Part shown: in pieces, positions 12,964 through 26,431 of the stretch
Position numbering within the stretch: position 1 is the first letter of the stretch
Layout: the number at the start of each line of letters is the position of its first letter
DNA from: Scyliorhinus canicula
Taxonomy: Eukaryota
Direction of reading: 5' to 3'
NCBI RefSeq assembly: GCF_902713615.1
Contig: NW_024055487.1
Location: 143,500 to 207,499, forward strand
Length of the DNA stretch: 64,000 nt
Notes under the pieces: model-generated
The model's input: only the letters and a program-made list of their open reading frames with translations
The model's database searches: none
What the model was told of the DNA's origin: nothing
Made by a program: the position numbers and the translations under genes

Positions 12964-14880
12964 TTGTTCTTGTTGCTGCTATGCGAACTGTCACAATGAT
13001 GTGTTCCATCGGCATTTCGTGTGAGGTCAAGGTTAGGAATCAGATCTGGAATTTTGTTTTTATTCCATTTAACCGAGAATTCATTTTCCAGACATTCATC
13101 GTAAATTACGATTAATGTACAGGATTAGAACTTTCCTGGAGGTTCGAGTCAGTTTTCGGATCTATCACCTTAACCAGGGAGCCAATGGTACAGCCCAGGC
13201 ATGGAAACTAATGGTGTTCTGATAAAATCATAGCCTCAATTGCAGAATGAAATAATATTTACTTCTGACGTTTTCAATTCTTTCCGCCCATGACTGATTC
13301 TCTCCGTGGTTCTCTCTGTGCAGTATTATCTGTGGTTTACATAGTATAGAAATTGGGGGAGAGGAATAGACCGTTCGGCCCAACTAAATTGTGTCTGCGC
13401 ATGTACTCCAGACCAGACTGTCCCCTCCCGTCCGATATCTAATTGGCCATTTCCATCCAGCTCCCTGTGTCCGTCTAGTCTGTTCTCTTTCCAGTATTTC
13501 CAAGTCTTCCCATAAATGTATCAATACTCTCTGCTCCAAGCTCCATGTGGCAACAGGTTCCATCTTCTCACAATCCTGTATTTAAATTTCTTCTACTTCA
13601 TATCTGCCTCTGTTCGGTTACTCATATATATCAACACAGAAAACTGGTGCAGGAGCAGACCATTCTTCGAGCCTGCACCACCACTCAAATGTTCATGGCT
13701 GATAATGCAAATCCCATCTCACACTACGACTTTCTTTCCATTCCCCTCGCTCCCTTTAGTCGCAAGGGCCACTTCCAGCTCCCTCTTGAATATATCGAAC
13801 AAACTGGCCCTCACTGCTTTCTGTGGCAGAGACTTCAATACGTCGACAACTCTGTAAGAGAAGAAGTTTGCCTCATCTCAGACCTGAATGGCGCATTCTT
13901 TATTCATCGGCTGTGACCCCTAGTCCCAACATCGGGAACATTCATCCCGCATCTAACCCGTGCAGTCCCATCAGGATTGTATATGTATCCAGGATTCTAT
14001 ATGTTGTATATGTTTCTATGAGATCCCCTCTCATTCTGAACAGGCGCCGGAATGTGGCGACTAGGAGCTTTTCACAGTAACTTCATTTGAAGTCTACTTG
14101 TGACAATAAGCGATTTTCATTTCATTTCATTTCATTTCTTCTAAACTCCAGTGAGTCCAAACCCAGTCGATCCAATCTTTCTTCATATGTCAGTTCTGCC
14201 ATCCCGGAAATTAGTCTGGTGAACTTTCGCTGGACATGCTCAAAAGCAAGAATGTCCTTCCTCAAACTAAAACTACACACAATACTCAAGGTGCGGCCTC
14301 ACCAAGGCTCCATATAACTGTTGAAAGCAATCCCACCTCCTATGCTCAAACCTTCTCTATCTGAAGGCCAGAATACCATAGGCTTTCCTCGTCGCCTGCT
14401 GTACCTGCATGCCAACCTTCAACGACTGTACATGTGAGGTTACCCTCCTTGGTGGCAAAGAGAAGAAGGCAGATTAGTCTTTGAATGATGGCAGTTTAGG
14501 AAACTGGGAAGTGCAACGAGACCTGGGTGTCCTGGTGGGACAGTTATTATTGATACTCCACGAGGGCGACATGCTGGCGCAGTGGTTAGCATTGCTACCT
14601 CACGGCGCCGAGGACCTGGGTTCGAACCGCTGGGGCCACTGCCGTATAGAGTTTGCACATTCTCCGCGTGTCTGCGTGGACCTCACCCCAACGCAAACAT
14701 GTGCAGGATAGGTGAATTGGCCATGCTAAATTACCACTTGATCTGAAAAATTATAAATAAAGACCATATGTATTTTTATATTGCATTAGATCTTGTCACC
14801 ACCATGCCTCCCTCGTGGAGTATTAATAACAACATAACACAGTGTAGTATAAACAGTGGCCAAATCAAGTGCGATATGAT

Positions 14881-15218
14881 AGGGGCAGCAGGGTAGCATG
14901 GTGGTTAGCATAAATGCTTCACAGCTCCAGGTTCGATTCCCGGCTGGGTCACTGTCTGTGTGGAGTCTGCACGTCCTCCCCCTGTGTGCGTGGGTTTCCT
15001 CCGGGTGCTCCGGTTTCCTCCCACAGTCCAAAGATGTGCGGGTTAGGTGGATTGGCCATGCTAAATTGCCCGTAGTGTCCTAATAAAAGTAGGGTTAAGG
15101 GGGAGGTTGTTGGGTTACGGGTATAGGGTGGATACGTGGGTTTGAGTAGGGTGATCATGGCTCGGCACAACATTGAGGGCCGAAGGGCCTGTTCTGTGCT
15201 GTGCTGTTCTATGTTCTA
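14881..15218 (+). mobile_element. Young HE1-type SINE, nearly identical to the copy at 40214-40575
   Basis: Direct comparison of the two copies shows very few differences. Confidence 0.85.
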
Positions 15219-15285
15219 TGAGCAGTGGCATGGTGTGTTACAGCAGTAACTGATACTGCACCTACTATAATGAAATAAAAGAGAA

Positions 15286-15447
15286 AATGCTGGAAAATCT
15301 CAGCAGGTCTGACATCATCTGTAGGGAGAAAAAAGAGCTAACGTTTCGAGTCCAATGACTACTTTGACAAAGAGTCTTTCGACTCGAAACTTTAGCACTT
15401 TTCTCTCCCTATAGATGCTGCCAGACCTGCTGAGATTTTCCAGCATT
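15286..15447. repeat. Inverted repeat (about 67-bp arms, 28-nt loop), likely a retroelement-derived hairpin
   Basis: 15286-15352 is the near-perfect reverse complement of 15381-15447. Related single arms occur near 59220, 61630 and 63310. Confidence 0.85.
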
Positions 15448-16478
15448 ATCTCTTGTGTTTCAGATTGCAGCATCCGCAGTAATTTGTTTTCATACTATAA
15501 TGAAATGATACACTAAGCTAGACAATGCCTCTGTAGTTTACGAGGTGCAATCTCAGGTAATACCACACAGCACCATGCATCATCGAAATATGAAAACATT
15601 TTAGATAGTAGTAGGAGAAGGCCATTCGGCCCTTCGAGCCAGTTTCTCCATCCAACGTGATCACAATGGGTTCTCTATCAAAACTATACCCCAGCACATT
15701 TTCCACACACTTTGACACATTTAGTGTTCTATTTCCTTCTTAAATATATTCAGTAATATTGCCTGCACAGCCCACTGTCCGAAAAATGCTCATTTCCAGA
15801 TTTTATGGATCGTGCCTCCATTTTCACTGCACTTCTTGTTATTGCCTCTGAGTCATGTCTCGGTAATTACTCGCCCCAATGTTATCGGAATTAATATTCC
15901 ACCAGCCAGCTATCAATTGTTTCTTCACTAGAAACTGTAAATTCATACTGGAACATTTGAAGGCACTTTCAGAATGGATGGTTTCCGAGGATAAACAAAG
16001 GGGTCTGCTGTGTGCACATGGTGCAGCATTTGCCTACGATCGGCTCGACCTCATACGCCCATGTTTGCGATTAATATTTCAAGTTCTTTCCTCGCAAATA
16101 TATTTCAATATTTGTGTATCAATGCAGCACTAAACACCAGAACACTTACAAATACGCAAACCACGTCAACGTATCCGTCAACTAAAAGCACAATATGTCA
16201 GATATTGAAAGAGACAGATTTTTATCAGAGATCAGACTTCAGCTCAGAGTTAGCAAGAGGTGTTTTGATTGATGGAGGCGCAGAGAATTATCTTGGGGCT
16301 GGGAGGGACCGCAAAAGTTGCAGTCAGCAGTTTACCCCAGGGAACAAATTAAAGGCATGGACTCGTCTCTTAATTTGTTTATTCATCGATCTGTAACTAA
16401 CGGGCATGTTGGAATTTAATTGCCCCTCTGGAGACTGTCACTGGTATAAATGAGAGTTCAATTGGTTCCTGAAAGACG

Positions 16479-19400
16479 ATGCATGGACCAGCGAATGGAC
16501 CATTTTATGCCATTTATTACCCGGCACTCGCTATTATTGGTGTCCCAGGTAAGAGCGGAATCTCAACTGCAATATTTATTTTTCTTCTGAATCTTCTTAA
16601 CTCTTCCCTTTAAGGATCGTGCTGAAAGGTTTATTGCATTACGATATATTAGAGTGCATCACTTAATTTTATATTACAGAGCAGGACAATAAATAGTCAA
16701 TAAGTTACCCTTCACACTTATAGAACAATTATTTATTAGACTGCAGAAATATGAGTTATAATGTTTAGCATTGTACGGACGTTATATTGTTAAACAGTGC
16801 AACACATTTGCTACAAATCGTTATTGAGCTGCAGGAAAAGACCATAAGACCATAAGACATAGGAGCGGAAGTAAGGCCATTCGGCCCATCGAGTCCACTC
16901 CACCATTCAATCATGGTTGATTTCAACTCCATTTACCCGCTCTCTCCCCATAGCCCTTAATTCCTCGAGAAATCAAGAATTTATCAATTTCTGTCTTAAA
17001 GAAACTCAATGTCCCGGCCTCCACCGCCCTCTGTGGCAATGAATTCCACAGACCTACCACTCTCTGGCTGAAGAAATTTCTCCTCATCTCTGTTCTAAAG
17101 TGACTCCCTTTTATTCTAAGGCTGTGCCCCCGCGTCCTAGTCTCCCCTGCTAATGGAAACAACTTCCCTACGTCCATCCTATCCAAGCCATTCATTATCT
17201 TGAAAGTTTCTATTAGATCTCCCCTCAACCTCCTAAACTCCAATGAATATAATCCCACGATCCTCAGACGTTCATCGTATGTTAGGCCTACCATTCCTGG
17301 GATCATCCGTGTGAATCTCCGCTGGACCCGCTCCAGTGCCAGTATGTCCTTCCTGAGGTGTGGGGCCCAAAATTGCTCACAGTATTCTAAATGGGGCCTA
17401 ACTAGTGCTTTATAAAGCCTCAGAAGTACATCCCTGCTTTTATATTCCAAGCCTCTTGAGATAAATGACAACATTACATTTGCTTTCTTAATTACGGACT
17501 CAACCTGCAAGTTTACCTTTAGAGAATCCTGGACTAGGACTCCCAAGTCCCTTTGCACTTTAGCATTATGAATTTTGTCACCGTTTAGAAAATAGTCCAT
17601 GCCTCTATTCTTTTTTCCAAAGTGCAAGACCTCGCACTTGCCCACGTTGAATTTCATCAGCCACTTCTTGGACCATTCTCCTAAACTGTCTAAATCTTTC
17701 TGCAGCCTCCCCACCTCCTCAATACTACCTGCCCCTCCACCTATCTTTGTATCATCGGCAAACTTGGCCAGAATGCCCCCAGTTCCGTCATCTAGATCGT
17801 TAATATATAAAGAGAACAGCTGTGGCCCCAACACTGAACCCTGCGGGACACCACTTGTCACCGGTTGCCATTCCGAAAAAGAACCTTTTATCCCAACTCT
17901 CTGCCTTCTGTCTGACAGCCAATCGTCAATCCATGTTAGTACCTTGCCTCGAATACCATGGGCCCTTATTTTACTCAGCAGTCTCCCGTGAGGCACCTTG
18001 TCAAAGACCTTTTGGAAGTCAAGATAGATAACATCCATTGGCTCTCCTTGGATGATTAGGATGGCACAGGAATGGGGAGGGATTAGTCTAATAAGCCACA
18101 TGAGGTAAGTAAAACAATCAAGAGAATGCTGAAAAAGAGGCTTTGTTAGGCAATCATAGAATCAGTTCAAATGGAGGCGATTCGAACATGTACCAAACTC
18201 TGAAAAGAGTACTGCGCACAGGCTCAGTCCCCTGCGCTTTCCCAATAACCCCTTAGCCTCACCTAACCTACACATCTGCTTTAGACACTGAGGGGCAATT
18301 TAGAATAGCCAATCCAGCTAAACTGCACATTGTTGGGCTGTGAGAGGCACCCAGAGGGAACCAGACAGATACAGGGAGAAAGTTAAAAATCTCCACACAG
18401 ACAGTAACCCAAGGTCATAATTGAACCCAAGGCCCTGGCGCTGTGATCGAAGGCAGTACATTTTCAATGGCTGAACGGGATGTGGTATGCGTTATTCATT
18501 AGGAAAAACAGTTTTGGATCATTGAATCATAACATTTACAGTGCACAAGGAGGCCATTCGGCCCATCGAATCTGCACTGGCCCTTGGAAAGAGCACCCCA
18601 CCCAAGTCCACACCTCCACCGTATCCCCATAACCCAGTAACACCACCCAACCTTCCTGGACACGTAAGGGCAATTTCGCATGGCCAATCCACTTAACCTC
18701 CACATCTTTGGAATGTAGGAGGAAACCGGAGCACTTGGAGGAGACCCACGCACACACGTGGAGGATGTGAAGACTCTGCACAGACAGTGATCCAAGCCGG
18801 GAATGGAACCTGAGACCCTGGAGCTGTGAAGCAACTGTGCTAACCACTATGCTACCGTACCGCCCCTTTCAGTTGAGTTCACTGGCGATGCAAATTGGGA
18901 GTGTAGACATATGAAAGTGGTAAATAAGGGTTTGAGCAGCTCTTAAGCTAAGGCAGACTTTCAGACCGGCGATAAAATGGGCTGTGGAGAAATGTCGAAG
19001 TATGCAGTGTCGGTGCTTATGACCGACGGGTTTGGGAATGTGGGCGTTTGGAAGTTCAGCCCACCGTCAAACAAGACTTGAATATTGTAAATGGTCTCTA
19101 ACTTTAGAGGATGGCCAGCCACGGGAATGGACCCAGTGGCCAGAGAGCGGAGTTTGTTGCAGAGATTGATTGTGATATTTTATGAATTGACAAACGTTTA
19201 ATCCAGCATTGGATTTGCATCAAGTAGTAATGGTTTTGGAATAATTGAAATCTGGAGGTGCGAAATGGACAGGTCAGGAGGGTTTCGGTAGCGGAATGTA
19301 TCAGGGAGTCGCTGGTTTTTGGAGTCTGCTCAGTGACGCCATTCTCTTTTCTCTATTACAGCCAACTTGATGGCGATCATCATCCTATCCCGAGGACGGT

Positions 19401-20275
19401 GCGGACTCTCTCGCTGTATCACCTACTACCTGGTAGCGATAGCAGTGACTGATTTCCTTGTCATGGTCACCGCTGTTATCCTCAACCGGATTGGTGGCAT
19501 TTACTTTAGGTACAGCGTCCTATCGATCACCCCCGGATGCGCTGTCAGCACCGTGCTCGTTTATGCGACCCGTGATGGTTCAGTCTGGCTGACCGTGGCC
19601 TTCACCTTCGACCGTTTTGTATCCATCTGCTGTCAGAAACTGAAGACCCGATACTGCACCGAGAAAACTGCATTGCTGGTCATAGGAATGGTCATTACCT
19701 TGAGCTACGTCAAGAACATCCCTTTTTACTTCACCTACCAGCCCTTGTACGTATTGGACGAGATTCCCTGGTTCTGTGATATTAAGTCCAGCTATTACAC
19801 GATCCCGTCGTGGCAAGCTTATGACTGGCTCGACCACGTATCAACCCCCTTTCTTCCGTTCTTCTTTATTCTGATGCTCAACGCCCTGACTGTAAGGCAC
19901 ATTGTAGAGGCCAGCAGAGCCCGCAGGAGGCTCAAGGGCTCAGAGAGTGACGGAGATCCAGAGATAGCCAACCGCAAGAAGTCGATTGTCCTGCTCTTCG
20001 CGATCTCGCTCAGCTTCCTCCTCCTCTGGGTCACATATGTTGGACATTTCCTATACGTTCGGGTTACAGCTGAGGTCTACTTCACGGGTCTGGATTTCAA
20101 TGACCCACACTTCATCTTTCAAGAAACGACCAACATGCTTCAGTTACTCAGTTCCTGCAACAACACCTTCATCTATGCAGTAGCGCAGACCAAGTTTCGA
20201 AATGAGCTGAAGAAGTTTCTCATTTTTCCCTTCGCCATTATCACTGGTTGCTTTAGGTTGAACAGTGCTTCATGA
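16479..20275 (+). CDS. Two-exon class A GPCR, GPR139/GPR142-like, 327 aa (exon 1 16479-16548, exon 2 19362-20275)
   Basis: Exon 1 MHGPANGPFYAIYYPALAIIGVP-G|gtaaga splices in phase 1 to tacag|CCAAC, giving GVPANLMAIIIL. Seven hydrophobic segments, LVAIAVTD (TM2), FDRFV (DRY equivalent), NTFIY (TM7). TATAAA at 16445. Confidence 0.88.
16840..18050 (-). mobile_element. Young 5'-truncated CR1 LINE in the GPCR intron
   Basis: Uninterrupted RT ORF (DVIYLDFQKVFDKVPH, GVPQGSVLGP, KFADDTK, RPHLEYC) and (ATGGTCTT)n-type tail near 16840. Confidence 0.95.
18160..18865 (-). mobile_element. Two HE1-type SINEs
   Basis: Reverse-complement core and tail motifs. Confidence 0.75.
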
Positions 20276-20589
20276 TCATGTTAAAGACTATTAATATATT
20301 TAGATGTCGACAGAATCTGAAATCATATTTGTTTACAAAGATGTTACAGCCACACTATTTCATGCTCCTGAACAAAATAAACTATTTGCAAGACAATTTT
20401 ATACTCCAGCTTTCGGAATTAACATGAGGTACATATGAAATAGCAGGCAAAGAGTGGTCGAACAAACCACACTGCACGTTCAATGGCAGATGTAACATTT
20501 TTTAAAAAATGCTTATATTACAGTTTTTGATATCATACATTGTACAATGGACAAGGTTATGTGATGCGATTACAATATACAAGGACTTT

Positions 20590-21550
20590 ACACCCACCCG
20601 CACCCACTCCTTGACCACCTCTGGCCCCTGTTTTTGTTGTTTAAAGATACTTTATTCGATCAGATAACGTAAAATAGGTGAAAGTCATCTATTTACATCA
20701 ATGCAGCTCTTTCCCCTTCGCCTTCTCTTCTCCCACTTTGTAGATTGGCCCCGCTGCCCCTACCCCCGCCCCCATCCTTCGTCTCTATTTCGGTGTTTCT
20801 TTGGGAGTTCTTTTCTTTGTGGCCTTGCTCTAGGCCCCCGATTATCCGTTCTGGTGTTGCTCCAGCCTCCCCTCCTCTCTCCCTAACCTCCCTCCAAATC
20901 TCGTCCCCTCCCTATTTGTTCTCTGTTGTCTCGTTCGTTCGGTCCGCCCCCCCCCCCCCCCACAAACACACACACACATGCACAAACTTACCCTCCCCTC
21001 GCTCTTTTGGCTGTTGGCTTCGTAAAGATGTTGGAACGCGTGGTGAATTGTCTCCTCGTTTTTTGGAAACCCTCCTCCTACCCTCAAATGGCAAATTTTA
21101 TTTACTCCAGGTGGAGAAATTACGACACGTCTGCCACACAGTCTGCTGTTGTGAGTCATGCTGTTGATCTTCAGCTGAGCCGGATTCCTCGGTGGGCGAT
21201 TAGGGAAGCAAAGGCAAGGGGGTCGACCCCTTTCCCTATGAATAGTTCTGGCTGGTTCGATACCCCGAAGACTGCCATTCACCGGGCACGCGTCCACCCT
21301 CACAACCTTGGACATTGCCTCAATGAAGGCTGTCCAAAACCCGTCAAGTCTGGGGCATGCCCACAACATGTGGGTGTGGTTGGCTGCGGCTCCCTGGTGC
21401 CGTTCACATTTGTCCTCCACCTCCTTATTGTGGTTCTTGTCAGGTGCGCTCTGTGCACTACTTTCAGTTGCATGAGGTTTAGCCTTGCATAAGCGAAGGT
21501 GTTGTTGGCCCTGTTCAGAGCTTCGGTCCAGAGTCTCCACTCGATTTCTG
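20590..21550 (-). mobile_element. L1-type LINE 3' fragment
   Basis: ANHTHMLWACPRLDGFWTAFIEAMSKVV, an ORF2 C-terminal Cys/His motif. Confidence 0.75.
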
Positions 21551-21554
21551 GTTT

Positions 21555-21730
21555 AGCTGACTCGGCTAAATCGCTGGCTTTTAAAGCAGACCAAGCAGGC
21601 CAGCAGCACGGTTCGATTCCCGTACCAGCCTCCCCGGACAGGCGCCGGAATGTGGCGACTAGGGGCTTTTCACAGTAACTTCATTGAAGCCTACTCGTGA
21701 CAATAAGCGATTTTCATTTTTCATTTCATT
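21555..21730 (+). mobile_element. Second tRNA-derived SINE family (other copies about 1255-1410, 33840-34000, 37990-38190, 38875-39060, and minus strand 61210-61340)
   Basis: Shared ggtttagctc..gctaaatcgctggcttttaaagcagacc..ggttcgattcccgtaccagcctcc..caggcgccggaatgtggcgactaggggc..(ttttca)n tail. Confidence 0.8.
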
Positions 21731-21894
21731 CAAGTTGGTCCTCATATTTTTTCTGTGTTTCGTCCAGTGGGGAGTGTTCAGTTCCTCCCTCCCTGGTTAC
21801 ACACGTACAGTACTCCTTCTTGCATTGTGCATCTCGGGTCCCTGGCTATCTTGCAGTCTCCTTACCTAGAAAGATCTAACCTGTATGTTAAGAC

Positions 21895-22205
21895 GGTAGC
21901 ACAAGTGATTACCACTGTGGGTCCACCGCGCCAGGATCCCAGGTTCCATTCCTCGCTGGGTCACTCTCTGTGTGGAGTCTGCACATCCTCCCCGTGTGTG
22001 CGTGGGTTTCCACCGGGTGCTCCGGTTTCCTCCCACAGACCAAAGACGTGCAGTGTAGGTGGATTGGGCAAGCTAAATTACCCTTAGTGACCACAAAGGT
22101 TAGAAGGTTTATTGGGTTACGGGGATAGGCTGGAAGTGAGGGCTTAAGTGGGTTGGTGCAGTCTCGGTGGCCGACTGGCCTCCTTCTGCAATGTATGTTC
22201 TATGT
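21895..22205 (+). mobile_element. HE1-type SINE
   Basis: Core and tail motifs. Confidence 0.8.
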
Positions 22206-22839
22206 CCAGACCAGGTTAAAGTCCAACTGCTTTGTTTCAAACACTTGCTTTTGGAGAGCAGCTCCTTGGAGCAGTGCTCCGAAGGCTAGTGTTTGAAATA
22301 AACCTGTTGGACTTTAACCTGGTGTTGTAAGACTTCTTACTGTGCTCACGCCAGTCCAACACCGGCTTCTCCATATCGATGTTCCAGTGTTTGTTCCCGT
22401 TGGCAGCTGCAGCCTCTCTGTCAGTTCCTCTAAGATCGCTCGCCTGTCCTCTGTGTAGAAGTCCCAAACGGTCCCTGAGGAGATGGAAACAAGGCAGATC
22501 CCATGGATGCTCAGTTATTTTAGGCAGATGGTATCAGAGGGAATTGAGCAGGCAGAGCATCCCGGAATTATGTCCAGTAGGTTCGTACGTTCATGGAGAT
22601 GGTAGGAGAGTGAATGTGTCGATAGTTCAGTTGGCTGGCTGGCTGGTCGTGAAGCACACAGCGTGAGTTCAATTCCTGTGATCCATGCCCTCTCAACCTT
22701 GTCCCTCTGCTGAAGTGCATAGAACATAGAACATTACAGCGCAGTACAGGCCCTTCGGCCCACGATGTTGCGCCGTCCTGTGAAACCCCTCCAAAGTCTC
22801 TCTACACTATTCTGTTATCGTCCATATGTGCATTGCAAA

Positions 22840-23630
22840 TCTAAAGAGCTGGTCATCGACTTCAGGAAGCAAAGTACTGTAGACACCCCTGTCAGCGTCA
22901 ACGGGGCCGAGGTGGAGATGGTTAGCAGTTTCAAATTCCTAGGGGTGCACATCACCAAAAATCTATCCTGGTCCACTCACGTCGACGCTATCACCAAGAA
23001 AGCACAACAGCACCTATACTTCCTCAGGAAACTAAGGAAAATCGGCATGTCCTCATTAATCCTTACCAACTTTTACAGATGCACTATAGAAAGCATCCTA
23101 TCGGGCTGCATCACAGCCTGGTATGGCAAGTGCTTGGCCCAGGACCGCAAGGAACTTCAGAGAGTCGTGAATACCGCCCAGTCCATCACACGAACCTGCC
23201 TCCCATCCATGGACTCCATCTACACCTCCCGCTGCCGGGGGAAAGCGGGCAGCATAATCAAGGATCCCTCCCACCCGGCTTATTCACTTTTCCTACTTCT
23301 TCCATCGGGCAGGAGATACAGAAGTCTGAGAACACGCACGAACAGACTCAAAAACAGCTTCTTCCCCACTGTCACCAGACTCCTAAATGACCCTCTTATT
23401 GACTGACCTCATTAACACTACACCCTGTATGCTTCAACCGATGCCGATGCTTATGTAGTTACATTGTATATCTTGTGTTGCCCTATTATGTATTCTCATG
23501 TATTTTCTAGAATTTTGTTTAATTCCCTTTTCTTCCATGTACTGAATGATCTGCTGAGCTGCTTGCAGAAAAATACTTTTCACTGTATCTCGGTACACGT
23601 GACAATAAACAAATCCAGTCCAATCCAAAC
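22840..23630 (+). mobile_element. Rex1/Babar-type LINE 3' fragment
   Basis: KELVIDFRK..SSFKFLGVHITKNLSWS..LYFLRKL..FYRCTIESILSGCITAWYG..LLPSGRRYRSL; tail ending aataaac(aaatcc)n. Confidence 0.8.
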
Positions 23631-23749
23631 TCTCAGCTAAAATCACCATGAATCAGCTCTCTCGCAAAAGGAAAGAGCAGCCATGGCCTTCGGGAACTTT
23701 GGTTACCTTTGATCGGAGGGAATTGAGCATCAAGAGAGGCACCCTGGAG

Positions 23750-25130
23750 TGAGTGCAGGGGGATGGTGTCAGAGGGAATGGAGCCGGGAGAGAAGATCCC
23801 CGGGGTGATATTCAGTGAGTTCAGGGGATGGTATCAAAGTGAATGGAGCAGGGAGAGAGGATCCCTGGTGTGATGATCAGCGAGTTCAGCGGGATGGTAT
23901 CAGAGGGAATGGAGCAGGGAGAGAGGATCCCTGGTGTGATGATCAGCGAGTTCAGCGGGATGGTATCAGAGGGAATGGAGCAGGGAGAGAGGATCCCTGG
24001 TGTGATGATCAGCGAGTTCAGCGGGATGGTATCAGAGGGAATGGAACAGGGAGAGAGGATCCCTGGAGTGATGGTCAGAGAGTTCAGGGGGATGGTATCA
24101 GAGGGAATGGAGCAGGGAGAGAGGATCCCTGGGGTGATGTTCAGTGAGTTCAGGGGGATGATAGCAGAGTGAATAGAGCAGGGCGAGAGGATCCCTGGTG
24201 TGATGTTCAGTGAGTTCAGGAGGATGGTATCAGAGAGAATGGAGCAGGGAGAGAGGATCCCTGGCGTGATGATCAGTGAGTTCAGGAGGATGGTATCAGA
24301 GGGAATGGAGCCGGGAGAGAGGAACCCTGGTGTGATGATCAGTGAGTTCAGGAGGATGGTATCAGAGGGAATGGAGCAGGGAGAGAGGGTCCCTGGGGTG
24401 ATGATCATTGAGTTCAGGAGGATGGTATCAGAAGGATTGGAGCAGGGAGAGGGGATCCCTGGTGTGATGATCAGTGAGTTCAGGGGGATGGTATCAGAAG
24501 GAATGGAGCCGGGAGAGAGGATCCCTGGGGTGATGTTCAGTGAGTTCAGGGCAATGGTATCAGAGGGAATGGAGCAGGGAGAGAGGATACCTGGGGTGAT
24601 GCTCAGTGAGTTCAGGGCAATGGTATCAGAGGGAATGATCAGGGAGAGAGGATCCCTGGGTGATGTTCAGTGAGTTCAGGATGATGGTATCACAGTGAAT
24701 GGAGCAAGGAGAGAGGATATCTCGGGTCATGCTCAGTGAGTTCAGGGGGATGATAGCAGAGTGAATGGAGCCGGGAGAGAGGATCCCTGGGGTGTTCAGT
24801 GAGTTCAGCGGGATGATATCAGAGGGACTGAAGCCGGGAAAGAGGATCCCTGGGGTGATGTCCAGTGAGTTCAGCGGGATGATAGCAGAGTGAATGGAGC
24901 AGGGCGAGAGGCAGGACAATGGGGATGAGAAAACATCAGCCATGATTGAATGGCGGAGCAGACTTGCTGGGCCGAGTGGCCGAATTCTGCTCCTATGTCT
25001 TGTTGTCTTATGGTGTTATACCTGGGGTGATGTTCAGTGTGTTCAGCGGGATAGTATCAGGCAGAAGGGCGCAGGGAGATGCCTGGCTGATACTCAATGA
25101 GTTCAGGGCGATGGTATCAGAGGGAATGGA
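23750..25130. repeat. 66-bp minisatellite, roughly 17-19 copies
   Basis: Unit ATGGTATCAGAGGGAATGGAGCAGGGAGAGAGGATCCCTGGTGTGATGATCAGCGAGTTCAGCGGG. Confidence 0.95.
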
Positions 25131-26292
25131 GGTTATTATCGATCAATGCATCCTCGAAAATGGAGACAGTGTCAGTTTTAAATGGGCCAAAATGTAAAGT
25201 TTGAAGCAGTCGGTGATTTTGTTTGAACCAGAAAGTGCAGTTTGCGCATGTGCCAGAACAGGGCGATAAAGTGTCTATTTGTATGTTTCAAAGGGAATTT
25301 CGAGTTGATTCTCTCTATTGGATCGGCCATATTCTCTGGCCGTTTCTGCTCTCTAGTGTATCTAATAGGCCCCAAACTCAAGTAATATTTGGAAATTCGT
25401 ACTCGATTTTATGTTGTGTGCGATATACTTTCTAGCCTTTACGGCTCTGCCAAGGGTTTACACCCTCTGTTCTGTCTGCCTTATATACATAGTCTGCCTT
25501 GGGATTATTTATTCGGCCAACATGGAGAATGTTAACCCGTGCTGCAGCGACCCTGGAAGTGTTTAATGAGACAGTGTGAAGGAAACGTTTCTTCTCCATT
25601 CACTGGCTTGTTTCGGTGTCTGAAGAAGCAGAGCCCCCCCTCTTCAGAATTACCTGACATGTGACTGTGACTGACCAGAGTACGACTGAAATCACCTCGA
25701 TTCTTCTCGCTCTGCAATGATTCTGTCTCCGGGGTACACGCAGGTGATGCAGTGATTCTTTCACAACAGGGGAAATATTTGTCTGGGAAAGCGAAACACT
25801 GCAATAAGGGGAATGGGCCGTCGTCAGGGGACTTTGGAGAAAGGAGTTCAGAAAAGTCACATTTGGTTCATTTTTCATTCAGGATTTATTGAAAAATTTG
25901 GAGAAAGTTTAACAGAAATGTTAATTTTCAAGTTAACAAAGAGCAAGATTACGATTGAGCGTGACATTGAGAAGAGAACACATCAGCTCTGAGCTGCCAA
26001 ATGAATGTACAACAGACACCAGAAAGAGGGAACAGGAGCTCAAAATATAGGGAAGGCAATAATTGAGAATAAGGAATTAAAAACGTTACTTATTTTCAAA
26101 TGGAAATCAAACTACAGGACAATTATAATCGAAAATTGCAATACGTCCATATTATTTCGTATTTTTCAAACAGAAAAATATTATAAAGTCACCAGAGGGC
26201 ATTTCATGATTTCGTAACAGAGATCGTGATAAACAGCTGAATAAAATTTACGACATCCATATCAATAAATACGACATCCAAAATTCAGCCGA

Positions 26293-26301
26293 TCACTTGA
26301 T
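26293..26301 (-). CDS. IGHM: IgM TM2 exon (IK-stop)
   Basis: ttttttctgtttttacag|ATC AAG TGA; AATAAA on the minus strand at 25885-25890. Confidence 0.8.
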   Translation of the reverse strand: MK

Positions 26302-26431
26302 CTGTAAAAACAGAAAAAACAATGAAGCAGATGTTTGTGACCTGGGACATTAATATTTTATATATGAAAAGTTCAGTGAGTTGTCAAACTGCTTCGATCA
26401 GCTAAAGTGTGAGTGGATCGAATGCTCTCAC

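Noticed and set aside
18888-19220. Octamer motifs in the GPCR intron (18888-18895, 19213-19220)
   Set aside because: A few hits per 64 kb are expected by chance, and there is no Ig promoter context.
23815-24943. Repetitive ORFs (MVSEGMEQGERIPGV.. / LNSLIITPGILSPCSIPSDT..)
   Set aside because: A consequence of a 66-bp unit divisible by 3; no splice context or unique domain.
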